DNA of 64,000 bases, from NCBI GenBank assembly GCA_003344405.1, contig NOWV01000205.1:1-64000 (forward strand), written 5' to 3'. Of this stretch, positions 29,397 to 42,031 are shown one piece after another. A model generated the notes under the pieces. The model saw nothing but the letters and a program-made list of their open reading frames with translations. It made no database searches and was not told the origin of the DNA. This DNA comes from Trichoplax sp. H2 (Eukaryota). Position 1 is the first letter of the stretch. Each line of letters opens with the position of its first letter. Made by a program: the position numbers and the translations under genes.

Positions 29397-30638
29397 ATGC
29401 CGAAAAAAGGCGCTCTCATTCATATTGAATTAAAGATACAAATTATAAAAGACCTAGAAGCTGGTAAATCACAAGAAGCTATCGCAAAGAAGTATAAAGT
29501 GAGAAAAACAACAGTTTTTTCTATTTCTAAAAGAAAAGATGAGTTTAGGAGGCTCATATTAAAATATCCCATTCCTGCATGTGGCAGAACACGACGTGCA
29601 TTAAAGATGGGGGATTTCTGCGATATTGAAGAACCTCTATATCGTTGGTATCAGTTGCGACATAACAATAATTTGCCAGTATCTGGCTCCAGCCTAAAGG
29701 AAAAAGCCTTACAGCTATATAAATCTACTTATGCTGATGGTACTCAACGCCCTTTCATGGCTAGTAGAGGATGGCTGAATAAATTTTGTCGACGCTATGG
29801 AATTATAGAGAGTTCATTACAGCCTAATTCATGGTATAGAGAAACCCAAGAAATAAATCGGTTTATTACAGAAGTGCAAGAGATAATTAAGAGTGACAGT
29901 TTTAGTAAACAACAAATATTTAGCGTAGATGAGAAAATTCTCCGTTGGAAAACGGTCGTTAGTCCCAACCCAACGGGTATATGTACTAACAAGAATAACC
30001 CTAAAATTTATAGAAGATCAAAAGCAAAATTAACATTATTGGCGTGCACTAATGCATCTGGTACTTACAAATTACCGTTAGCTGTCGTCGATAAAAATGG
30101 TATGCCTTCAACATTAGATGAAGAGCAAGTCCTCACGCTTCCGGTGACTTACTACCGCGATGAAGATCTGCGAATGTGTAATGGCCTCTATGAAAGTTGG
30201 TATAACGACCAATTTAAGCCACGCGTAAAACGATTCTGCAAAGAAAACAATTTTCCTAGTAAGGTTTTGTTACTTGTAAGGGATACTCCAGCACATAACT
30301 GCATCACCAGCTCAATCTCAGATAGCGAAAAATTTATAGTTTTACGCATTCCGTCGAATATTGCTTTTGCTTTACAGCCAATGAATCAGGGAATTCTTAC
30401 ATCGTTAGAAAGCCATTATCAAACTAAGTTGTATGATTATGTCATTCACAAAAGTTCAGAAAAAAAGAAGCTTATACTAAAAATTATGTCAAAATTGACC
30501 ATTAAAGATGCGATATTCTGGCTGAGTGATAGCTGGAATGAACTTAGTTCAAGCTTTTTGAGAAAATGTTGGAATCATATATTTGCAAATGTAAGACAAG
30601 ATATGGATGAGGATGTACCTTTAGTTGATATGGATTAA
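29397..30638 (+). CDS. pogo/Tigger (CENP-B/Jerky/TIGD-like) transposase-derived protein, 413 aa, probably catalytically inactive
   Basis: N-terminal psq-type HTH (IELKIQIIKDLEAGKSQEAIAKKYKV), CENP-B HTH (IEEPLYRWY...LKEKA...FMASRGWLNKFCRRYGI) and DDE_1-type motifs IFSVDE, ACTNASGTYKLPL, LLLVRDTPAH, LQPMNQGI. Confidence 0.92.
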   Translation: MPKKGALIHIELKIQIIKDLEAGKSQEAIAKKYKVRKTTVFSISKRKDEFRRLILKYPIPACGRTRRALKMGDFCDIEEPLYRWYQLRHNNNLPVSGSSLKEKALQLYKSTYADGTQRPFMASRGWLNKFCRRYGIIESSLQPNSWYRETQEINRFITEVQEIIKSDSFSKQQIFSVDEKILRWKTVVSPNPTGICTNKNNPKIYRRSKAKLTLLACTNASGTYKLPLAVVDKNGMPSTLDEEQVLTLPVTYYRDEDLRMCNGLYESWYNDQFKPRVKRFCKENNFPSKVLLLVRDTPAHNCITSSISDSEKFIVLRIPSNIAFALQPMNQGILTSLESHYQTKLYDYVIHKSSEKKKLILKIMSKLTIKDAIFWLSDSWNELSSSFLRKCWNHIFANVRQDMDEDVPLVDMD

Positions 30639-33600
30639 TAGCAAGCTAGCAAATTTAATGACATTATATACTATATGCGAATGGAGACGTAAGATACACC
30701 GTATAAGCTATAGAAGACTACCGTACTATTTCTAGCTTCTCTTAAGAAATTCCAGCCTTCAGCAATAAAAGAATTTTTTAAATTCGATAATGTAATAATT
30801 TGAATGTAGTCTTTGATGACGGTAAAACTTAGGAAGGATTATGCATTTCTATTTGAAGGCCGTATTTGGAGGGAGTTAATCTGTTATCTTCTAGCATAAG
30901 TGATGCTTTCTCTTTAAGGATGGATAATTAATTAGTAACTTTATGATTGCCGATTGTTGCTAAACGTATAAGATCGTAGTTTGAACTAAAACTCGAATTT
31001 AGATCATAAGCTGAGTACGATTACCGAACATAATTTTGTTATATATAATCTAGATTATTTGACTGTACTATGCCGGTTTTGATTATTTATAGTAATACGC
31101 ATTAGCTCAATGGAAAGTCTGGTAATATTTCTAAATGATTGACGGAATCAGTTCTCAGTATAAACACAAGAGGAACTTGATTTAATGCCTATGTTTTCAG
31201 CTATAGGAAAAGTATATAGAAGTAATAAACTGTCTAATATTTGAAATATTTTATAAGCGTAATATTTACGATACTCCTGATATTATTGTTCATAGCATCG
31301 TAAAGTAATCAAAGTACAGCATATTGAATTAAAATAACTAAATAGCATATAGCTTTGTTCCTAAACGAAATAATAATCAGATACGACATACAATGTTATA
31401 CGTTTTAATTAATTCTTGAGTATTATTAGTATTTTTTTGTTTAAATAACAATAATGCAAATTGATAATGAAGCCTTAAAAATTTTAACAAATAAATATAA
31501 TACATTACATGTACTAATTTGATATGCGCCTGATACTGGATATCATGTATAGTTAAATTGTTTCCCTAAAATCCTACAGCTTACATTCTCGAAAATATTA
31601 GATCACAATAAGCCTTCTTACGGGTTTTAAATCAGGTGACCCAACTAGTAGTACAACAAACTTTGAGAAAAATTCCAACAACTGCAAATCAGCAGTTATA
31701 GCTGAGTACCGCATATCTATTGGCAATAGAGAGAGCATAAATGCTAGTTAATTAAAATGCATTTTGAAAATGGCATAAGCAGTCATATATGGTTTGACAT
31801 ACGTAAATAAAATCTAATATAGATAAATAATTCAAGCCCCCATTCAGAGAAGCTACACGTAACATATATTCCCTGATATTTAATTCTATAGCTACTTCTA
31901 GGCTCTTATTAGTATAAGTAATGGCAGATATTTTAACTTCCGTTTTAGACAATTTTTCCTTATTATAATATATTAGTCATTGTCTTGAATGTAAAGCTCA
32001 CCGCCATCATATCAAAGAATAAATTAAACGGAATGAGAGCGTACTGAATATTGCTATCTGTTGCAGCGTACGGATGCATTACTTTTAGCCAATTTCATTC
32101 CAAAATTGAGGACTAAGCTTTCATCATAAGATTCTGAATATAAAATTTAAAGGCAATTTTATCAATCTTAAATATTAAGGAGTTACGAAGGCTATTCAAG
32201 AAATTAAAATTTGATATATCTACTATTGGTTAGTGCTCCTTACGTGAAAAGATCAAAGAATGGGTAATGTCAATTTACTATTCGAATTTGAACTATTACA
32301 GGTATCGCTAAATGACTTTATATGCACGACCTACAGTATACCTGAAAGCTTTTACTATTGACTCTCTGCTTAAATCAATTCATTATTAGCAGCAAAACGT
32401 TTCTGAATCTGGAATTTATTTAACAGCTATTATAGAGTGACTCATAAACTTTATCTGTTAGCATGCTAATACCTTTATCTTCTATCGTACTTAAATTATG
32501 CCCATATTATATCTTCCGAATATTGTATTAATACTAGGTTCCAAAGAGCCCTAGCATACATTTCCCTTCCAGGATTATAATACCAATGATAACCTCCGCA
32601 TATTTCCGCTTTCTAAATTTCGATTCTTGATTCCTATCGTTTTCAGTACCGATATGACTTACTTGTTTTCGTTGTGATTGCTATATATAGCTCCTTTCAA
32701 TGAATTTCATACTATCTGAAATCTTTTGCGAATGTTATGCTCGCATTAAAAGTGTTAAGAAGAACCTAATGAAATTATCTCTTATGATTATCTCCCTTCA
32801 GTAAAATTGATAAATTTCCAATTAGTTAAATTGTTACCGATACTTTAACATACGTTAAAACATGCGTACAGAATATAAATTTCATGTCACCAAATTGAGC
32901 CATACATGTATAATAATAATACGTCTACTCATCAAATTTTTCAAATTTGTGGATTTATGTAGGATCTATTTATCAAGTTTAAAAATGAGAAGTCTAAGGT
33001 AACCATTGGTAGTCAGATCAATGGATGTGTTACTAATGTTAATGACTTGTTGATTGAAAATTCTTATCAGAACGGTATACAATCAATGTATTCGTAGCAT
33101 TCTGCACAGTTATTGTGTTCGCAATGAAGTTACGGATGAATTTAGCTGTGAATGTAATGTAGTAATAAATCAGCAAGGATGCAAAACAGCATATTTGTAT
33201 AACGTAACATTTAAATTAATTTAATATAATATAAATAATAAAGAATGAAACAAATTGCACTGGACTAAAATAATGCAATTAAGGAAATAATAAACTGAAG
33301 TTGATGTAAGCTGAGCAGCAAAAGATACAATATAACGTACATAAGCAGATGCTTAACTTAACTTACGCTATACCGATAATAATCTCAGTGCAATATCTCA
33401 AGTTGATTAGCCATATTATAGTTATTCTCATGCTCTTGATGTTTTAATTAATTAATTTTAAATCATCCCTAATTATAATATCAATGTACTGCAGCGGTTC
33501 GACTTAGCTCGATCTTTTAACTTGAAGAATAAGCAAAAATATCAAGACTTTTGTAATTTCTCTAATCTATTGCTAATCCAAATTGATTTTAACTGGTGCA

Positions 33601-33667
33601 ATAAGAACAACAAGTTTAAATATCTAACATTAAATCATCTTATGAGATCTTTCAATCTTGCAAGCTG

Positions 33668-36091
33668 ATGTCTGATGCGAAAGAAATTCGAGAGTCAACA
33701 ACTGAAGAGGTGCAAATTTTTTATGAGAATACAGAAATAGCAGATTATCAAAGTTACGACTGCTATGGAGTTGAATTTGCTCAATCAGAGGATCTAGTAA
33801 CAGATAATGAAAGAACAAACAACGCTAACTTGCATGATTTATCGAATTGGACCAAATTAGACGAAATTGTTGGTTCTTCAAGTGGTTCACCAGATGGCGG
33901 TACCAGCAAAATTAATAAAACACAGAATGTGGCCAATTGTCATTGTCCGTGTTGCCTGTATCATCATAGTCCTGTCCAACCTACTGATCAGGTTATTCTC
34001 AATCAGCTCTTAATGGGTAAAAAAAAATTCTCAAAGATTTGGTTTAAAAGATATCCTTGGTTGTCAGTTTGTGTACTCAGCAAAAAACTATATTGTTGCT
34101 TTTGCAGATATGTAATACGACATAAATTACTAAAGTTTAGCTCACTATCAGATGATCTATTTGTGATAACTGGACTTATCCATCCTAAAAAGATTCTATC
34201 TCGAATTTCTGATCATAACAAAAATAAATTTCATTCAATGGCGAAAGTAAAATGGGAAGATATTCATAAAGCTGGTGAAAGTAAGGAATTAGATTATCCA
34301 ACCATGAAATTACAAGGTTCTCGAAGAAATGGATTACTTACCCAGTTTCACGGAATTCGTTATCTACTACGACAAGATATCGCGATTCAAAGTCAAATTA
34401 AAACAGACGGCAATTTATTGCAACTACTGAATCTTTTTGCAAGCGAAGCTAGAAATAATCATATTAAAGATTGGCTTTCAACTGATCAATACACCAACTT
34501 GGACATCATAAATGAACAAATTACGATAATGGGTCATGCTGTATTGCGATCATTACTTAGCCGGATTGAATGCAACACTCCTCTTTGGTATTCTATAGTC
34601 GTAGATGAAACAACTGGTTTGGCCAAATGGGCACAATTTTGTGTATCCATTCGATGGGTGAATGATGATTACATCATACATGAAGATCCAATTGGAATAG
34701 TCAATTTGCTGGATAGTCCTTTAGATTCACTTGCAAGTACTTTAAAGAATATTCTACTTCGTTGTGGGCTTCCGATCTCTTATTGTCGAGGGCAAGCGTA
34801 TGATGGTGTGGCTAAAATGTATGGCAAAAAAGACGCTATAGCATCTGAGATTAAATCTGAGTATCCTGCGGCAATTTGTGTTCCAAGTTTTATGCACTCT
34901 TTAGATGTATGCATTCAGGAATCAGCTCGAAAGATATCGTTAATGCACCAATGTCTAGAAACTATAAGAGCTATTACTAAATTTATAGAATTCTCAAGCA
35001 CACAACACAATCATTTAAATACAACGTTATTAAATGTAACGCGCAGTAAAACCGATATTAAACCTCTTTGTCCAACAAGATGGAAGGTAAAAGCCAAAGG
35101 TATTGAAGTGTTATTGGAAGACTATAAAGATATTATAGAGATGGTGAGAAAATCAAGTAAGACTAACTATTACGAATACCGTTACGGCATAGAGCCAGGC
35201 GCACTTCTATCTTCCCTTGAAAATTTTGAAACATTGTTTGGCTTTGAATTAGGAATGATAGCTTTTCGTACTTCTGAATACGTGTCTACCGCATTACAGC
35301 AAGAAAATATTTCCATATTGGAAGCACTTTCGGCGGTTAATCTTGCTATAGAATTTTACGAAAATCAGCGTAATGAAGAATTATTTGATAGCTTTTATAA
35401 TAAAGTCATTAATAAAGCGGAACTTTTGAATATTACTTTACCAAGTCTAGGAGAAAAGTTAAATATTGGCGATGGTGCAATTCCAATAGATCAATCCTGC
35501 ACCATCAAGGATTATTACCGATCTATATATGAACAAGCCTATGATCTGTTTGCAAACGAACTCAAGGATATTTTTCTGAAGAATAATGAGTTACCAATTG
35601 TTTTGACGATTGAATCACTTTTAATCAAAGCTGCTAATTCCGAAAAATACGTCGATGAATTCGAGCAGCTACAGGACTCGTGCTATGGTAATGATATAAA
35701 TTTTGAAAAACTGAAACTCCAGTTATGCATATTACCTGAAATTATATCTCTTGCTTCTTCAAAGTTAACAAAAGTTACTGATGTCAGTATCATTGGCAAT
35801 GCAATTAATAGGTATAGTTCATGCAAGTCAAAACTTATTGAAATTCATAAATTGATTAAACTATACCTAACTATCCCAATAATAATTCCTAATTCTAGTA
35901 CAGCGTTATCAGTATTAACCCGATTATCTTCCTATCTGAAAACCGCTATGGCAGAAAATAGTTTCAATTGCTGTTTGCTCATGTATGTACATAAAGATTT
36001 ATCAGATCAACTTAATTTAAACGATATAGTAAATCAGTTTATTGATGTGAATCCCGATCGCAGAAGATACTTCGGTAGCGGTAAATCATAA
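33668..36091 (+). CDS. hAT transposase-derived protein (ZMYM1/ZNF862/THAP12-like), 807 aa, probably catalytically inactive
   Basis: TTF-type zinc finger (FSKIWFKRYPWL...YCCFC...H...FH), SIVVDETT, CRGQAYDG..MYG, LCPTRW, and a C-terminal hAT dimerization-like region (LIKLYLTIP...LKTAM...LLMYVHKD...RRRYF). AATAAA near 36367. Confidence 0.92.
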   Translation: MSDAKEIRESTTEEVQIFYENTEIADYQSYDCYGVEFAQSEDLVTDNERTNNANLHDLSNWTKLDEIVGSSSGSPDGGTSKINKTQNVANCHCPCCLYHHSPVQPTDQVILNQLLMGKKKFSKIWFKRYPWLSVCVLSKKLYCCFCRYVIRHKLLKFSSLSDDLFVITGLIHPKKILSRISDHNKNKFHSMAKVKWEDIHKAGESKELDYPTMKLQGSRRNGLLTQFHGIRYLLRQDIAIQSQIKTDGNLLQLLNLFASEARNNHIKDWLSTDQYTNLDIINEQITIMGHAVLRSLLSRIECNTPLWYSIVVDETTGLAKWAQFCVSIRWVNDDYIIHEDPIGIVNLLDSPLDSLASTLKNILLRCGLPISYCRGQAYDGVAKMYGKKDAIASEIKSEYPAAICVPSFMHSLDVCIQESARKISLMHQCLETIRAITKFIEFSSTQHNHLNTTLLNVTRSKTDIKPLCPTRWKVKAKGIEVLLEDYKDIIEMVRKSSKTNYYEYRYGIEPGALLSSLENFETLFGFELGMIAFRTSEYVSTALQQENISILEALSAVNLAIEFYENQRNEELFDSFYNKVINKAELLNITLPSLGEKLNIGDGAIPIDQSCTIKDYYRSIYEQAYDLFANELKDIFLKNNELPIVLTIESLLIKAANSEKYVDEFEQLQDSCYGNDINFEKLKLQLCILPEIISLASSKLTKVTDVSIIGNAINRYSSCKSKLIEIHKLIKLYLTIPIIIPNSSTALSVLTRLSSYLKTAMAENSFNCCLLMYVHKDLSDQLNLNDIVNQFIDVNPDRRRYFGSGKS

Positions 36092-39000
36092 TATGATGCT
36101 TATTTTATGTGTCTGTTAGATTCCTTTACTCATATACTTATTCTATGACATTATAGCAATTACTTCCCTACAATAGTATTTATTACTTTGCTATCATACG
36201 CGTATGCAAGATTCATTTACAATATGAATTCTAGCATACTATATGGTATTTGGCAAAATCTAACTTTATACTGTACTCAATATGTTAACGTGATGACAGT
36301 GGTTTATCGAATCAGATCTTAAAAGCGAATCGTTCAAGACTATTTGTTTGTAATAAGGTTGTATTAAATAAATTTGAAAAGTAAAAATTCACCTAAAAAC
36401 TTTGGCATCAAGTATTTGAATAAAATTTCGCAGTAATTGAAAGATCAAGCAAAGATTAAGTACGATAATACACGTAACCCTCCTGATACTGATTTTTACT
36501 ATTAGAATTTAGTTTTTTTTACGCATGGATACTCGTATATTTCATTTTTATCACCTAATTTTAAACGAAATACCTACTGAAAAATATATTTAGGCCACAA
36601 TTAATCAATGCTGCACATAGTTAGCAATTATAATCAGAATAATGTTAAATATATCTTTTAGTACATTCCTATAATTGCATTTAGGAAGAGTTACTTCTTG
36701 CTAAATTATCCGTAACCTTTTGGTATTATACTTGATTCACATTTTTATAGTAGAATCAGTACATACTTTATCAAGTATAGTAACTACGATATATTTTGTG
36801 AATTTTGTAAACGATGTTGTAAAAAGTCTTACGTAGTCAAATAAAACATGAATGATATCATTCTTGCATGTGAAAAGTAGAAATCCAGTTTATAATCTAT
36901 AGTAAATCCATACGCATTGAGACCATAAACCGCGATCTCCACGAAATATCAACTAGCTGCAATCATATTCTTATCGTTAAGCTTTTAATTTCATTAAATT
37001 GCTTAAGCTTAGTAGTTCGATTATTTAAATTATGAAAAAGTTCCTTATTTAAAGTATGAAACTTCTATAAATGATTATGCATTTACTAGTCCTTGGACGT
37101 ATACTGTACCCAATATTAAAATTAATTGATCATGCCCAATTAGCACACACAGTCTAAATGGAATAGAAATTATGCAATTCCTTGCTTAGGATATTTTATT
37201 CAGAATCTAATGTTTTATTAGTTAAATTTGTAATCGACAGGGAAAGAATGGATTTTCAGAAGTTCAAACTGGAAAAATCGTACAAGCGTCGGCATGTATG
37301 GATTGACAGACTCATAAATTCTTGATTTAAACGGCTATACTGATATAATACCGTAGCATTAGTTTACAAGTAAAGTTAGTTCTACACACACATAATAATG
37401 TGAATATGCGTTAAAGTTGATGTGCTATCAAGATGACATTTATTTACTATGCATATCAGTGTTGATTAACGTTCAGAAATAAAGCAATGGAATAAGGGGT
37501 TGTTACGATGCGTAAGCTCGTCCTAATTATTGAGTAATATTAAATGTTGTTTGTGTGGATTGACGTTTTATTAATTGTCATTTCTTCATACACTATAATC
37601 TGCTTAATCTTTTAGGAGTTTCTGACGAGACTATAAAAGGCTGGTACCTGAAGATTCCTTTTTAGTTAGTTAGTTCGTTAGTAGGTTGGATAGTCAACTA
37701 ATTTTTCAATTGATATTTAATTGTAAAGACTATAATCTTGGGTGCCAAGATTCCTTCAGTAATAAATGATAGTAAATCTCTGACTATCTCGTCTACATCA
37801 TCTGTGACGCTATAATTATACCATAGTATTCGGTCGTTGGAACTGAATTATTTGGTGATATAGCTAATCTCGCCTCTTTAAGTTAGTAAGTAGCGTTCTC
37901 CACCAGGATTGGCATGTGTAGACTACTTTGTCACTCACTAGTAGTGTGTGACAGGGGTAGAGCAAAAAATAATAGCTCCGACCAGATAGGCGTATAGCCT
38001 TTTTAAGTGAGACATCCTTTCATATTGCAAATTTACATTTGTCACGGTATCTTTATGATTGTAACAATTACGGCATTTATTTTTACAACAATTTTACCAT
38101 CCAGAAACTACCCAGAACAAAGCTACTGCTGTAAAGGTTTTCTTCTCATTTTGATAGTCCCTATACTGTAAGTAACTAATATTCGCGACTCATGAATAAG
38201 TAAATAAACTACAGGAATTATAGTGACATAAGGTTCAAATTACTTAGTATAGTTAGTTGAGTAAACAAATAATGTTTTTTCCATCTAATATTATTTTAAT
38301 TGCAATATTACATATAGCATTCCAGTACATTATTGGGTTTGAGAAGCATTCGCCTGAAAAGAGTTCAAATATAATAAATAATTAAGATTATCATCTACGT
38401 ACCAGCTACTGAAATTGTTGCTGTTAGGTGCACGATACAGCTTTGATGAGAATTAAAGATATATATGAATCTTTAAACATACAACAATGGCTATGCGTCG
38501 ATCAGACTAAACAAAGAATTGTATGTGCTTCTACTGTATTCACTTCGGCCATATGGACTTATATTTAATTATCTATGTCTCTTTCTAATTTCAAAATCTC
38601 TAAAAGTTCTTATTCGTAATTTTTCGAATATTTTTGCATTGTTTAACAGTAAGATCATAAATATTTTCTTAGTATTGCACCCTCTGGCTCTGCGTAAAGT
38701 ATACTGCTGACTGCACAGAATTCGCTGCACATCACAACCGTTATAGTAGAAAGTACCATCGAGAGTATATTATGGATTATTTTAAAATCAGTCCTGGCGT
38801 ATGATTAGGTATCTGGTTCTTCGAAACTATGACCTTTGGTAAGTGATTTTACGGTCTCTACAACCGTTTCCTATAAAACTGACTTTTTAAGCATCTTACC
38901 TTAAGCTTGTTAGCAGTTATTGCAAATACTAGACGAATTGAAAATTAAGGTATCGCTTCTGAAATATATAAGTTGATCCTTACCTGATTATAACTATTGG

Positions 39001-42000
39001 AATTCGAGAGATTAGAGGCACTTTTCCCGGCGTGGAGACCATTTGCAATTACTGCTTGCGTTAGGTGTCAAGTTTAACTTGTTGTACTGCATCGACAATC
39101 ATTCTCATGGTCATTATTTCTATCCATATTACGTAACAGAATAATTAAAATTCTAGGTTTTAAATATAGTAGATGTGGAGGATAGCTGAAAGAATTAAGT
39201 GAACGAAGAGCGCTTTAGAGGATAATGATGTTCTTCATCTGTTATACTATCAACTCTGCCGGAAGTTCTCGAAACTCCAGGAGACTGATTGACTAAGAAG
39301 TATTTGACTTCATCGATAGCTGAATTACGCATTTGGGCATATAGTAGCCCAAATGAAGAGCCATTTAAAAGTTTAAATATGCAGCGAGTTGGAGTAAATA
39401 CTAAAGGGGTGTATCAAGTTAGGACGACTCCCAGTCACCGTTGTTAAAAATATATTTCAACGAGATAATAAATGGCAGATTTCATGTTTGATGATAATGT
39501 AAAATCCATTAGCTTTTAATTTTTAATGTATAGCGATAGTATTAGAAAATAATTGTCTAATTAAGTGCGTGGCAGTATTTGTATTTTGACTGACTAAGGT
39601 AGAATATTGTATAAGTTATTTTAGTGACTAAGTCGTGATGTTTAAAGGTTATTTTCTGGATTTCATAAAGTTTAAAAGTTAGAACATTCTGTTAGAAATA
39701 AGATTTGATATCTTTAATAGTTGGCATATTAGCTTTATAACATTTTGTAAAGAAATCTTAAGATAAGCCTTGTCTGATCTTTGAGTAATTTTTGTTTTCT
39801 TAAAAGATGGAAAGCACTTTTCTTATGTTAATTTTAAGAATGATTAGAAAATTCTGATCCTGTACAATACTAACAAAGGTAGATTACTAAAATATAACCT
39901 AGATCTCATATGTTAATATAACAACCAGGACAGATTTATAATTCATGTTGATCTACCAAAACCTAACACCAGTAGCGAAGATAAGCATCCTCCATAGATA
40001 CAAATCACGTAATAAATCCTCTCGAGCAAATATTTCTCAAGCTATCTTCATCAAAATTCTTTTATGTAATAGTTTAAATTATATTATTGTGCAGTAAAGG
40101 ACCGACAAGCGAATCCTTTATAACTTTAAATACGAAATTATTCTTACTTTACTGTAGAAAATGAGTAGAAAGTGATAGTATCCTTTAGTGTTACCTTGTC
40201 AAGGCGAGGCATTGGCATCTTTCCTATTTTACTACTTTATAAGGTTTTATATAGATTACTATCTGAATATTTTATGAGCAATCGCCTAATTTAAAGAAAG
40301 GGCGTTTGATAGTCTATTGAGATTAAAATAAATTTGAAACGACAATAAAACCCTATCCTCAAAGAAAGGACTTTCATAACGTGTCAGTATCGTTTTGCAA
40401 TGTGCAGTATAGTATAATCCATGCCGTACCGTATACTGTAACACACCATGCTGAAACACCAATTGTCAATGCTAACGCCAAAAATTAAGTATTAACTGTC
40501 GTGAAAAAATTTTGACAATATGCTGATGCTATGCAATAACCGATACTAAGAGCATAGGTTCGCATTTAATTATAATTATTAATAATGCCAGATAGCAAAT
40601 GCTTTATTTTATTATTGTAATTTGCAAATTGCCTATATGTAATTACAATAGTTTTTATTGCCTCGAAGCTTAGAAACAAGCTTTACATCGTTTACTTTTC
40701 AGGCACAGTAGATATTCGCTTGAATAGCTAATTACGGTTATTTTGCAACTTTAAGAAGAATAAACAATATTGTATACTATAAGATTTATATAACGACTCT
40801 TTTACATGTAAATTTCATTTAAATCCTACATTATACTACTTAAAATATCTATGAATTAGATGGAAGAGAGTTTGGACTGTTCAAATAATGAACTTGCAGA
40901 GCAGCCTTATTAAGCAGGCATGATTTCATTAAGAAATCATAAGTCTCATGGGTATTAACGTGATAGTTTTAAAAGTGTTGTGGAGAATTTTAAAAAAGTT
41001 TACTAATGTTCACTTCTCATGAAATTAAGAGAAGCGTGCTAAAGATCTCTGATTATCAAGCACTTTAGGCTTTGCAGCACATCCTAAAATTCAAGAAGAA
41101 TTAGTACAGTTATCAATCTTGATTATTCTGCTACAATGTTTTAGCTATAAAAAATCCAATAGAGTGTTTTATTTAATCTTGAGCCGTATCTATAAACGAA
41201 TTGAATATGTATTTAGCATTATGAACTTTGATATATACCTAGATACGATATTTACGGGACTTGCTAGACTCAAAGCGATTTACTTTCACTTGCATTACAG
41301 GGAACAAATATATCAAAAAACTTCAAGTTCTCTTTTAGTTGCTTACCTACTAAATATTCATTTAATAATAGTTTTACATATGGTAAAAGTTTAATAATAC
41401 TGTGTGATTAAAGTTATCGGTGCGAGGCCTATGGCCAATGCGTGTATATCTTAGTACTGATTGTGAAAGCTAGGGGCATATCAAGGTTGTTAAGATCGAC
41501 CAGAAAAAAATTTTTTATAATGCTAAACTGTAACTATTATAAATTAACCTACAGTATATTCATCCAAATAAATAATTGTGGTCCCACTAAAAACTCAACG
41601 CTACCGCAATCATCGATACATTGATCCAAACCTTTAAATTTATTACATAATTTGTTACTTGCAGGCAATACGGACAATTGTGCTATGAATTCTATTCTTA
41701 TAGAGTATAATTACGAAATTTTGTGTAAAGACATTTTATAGAAAGCCCAATACTTCGAATAAATTACATAAAATCGCTTAATGTGTTAACATGTACATCA
41801 TCAAACTTTGAAAACGTAATTGAGATTCGATATAACCTAAAATATTAATTCTACATTCGTTACAAATACATTTTAACATTGAGCTAACGATTGCTTAAGC
41901 TGCACATTGAAAGCCTCAAACAAGGAAATTTCATAACAGTGAGAATAAATACTTGATAGCATAATGAATAATCGTCGTAAATAATATACACACCTACATA

Positions 42001-42031
42001 ATCATCAGTATTAACTCGATTAAAGGAAAAG

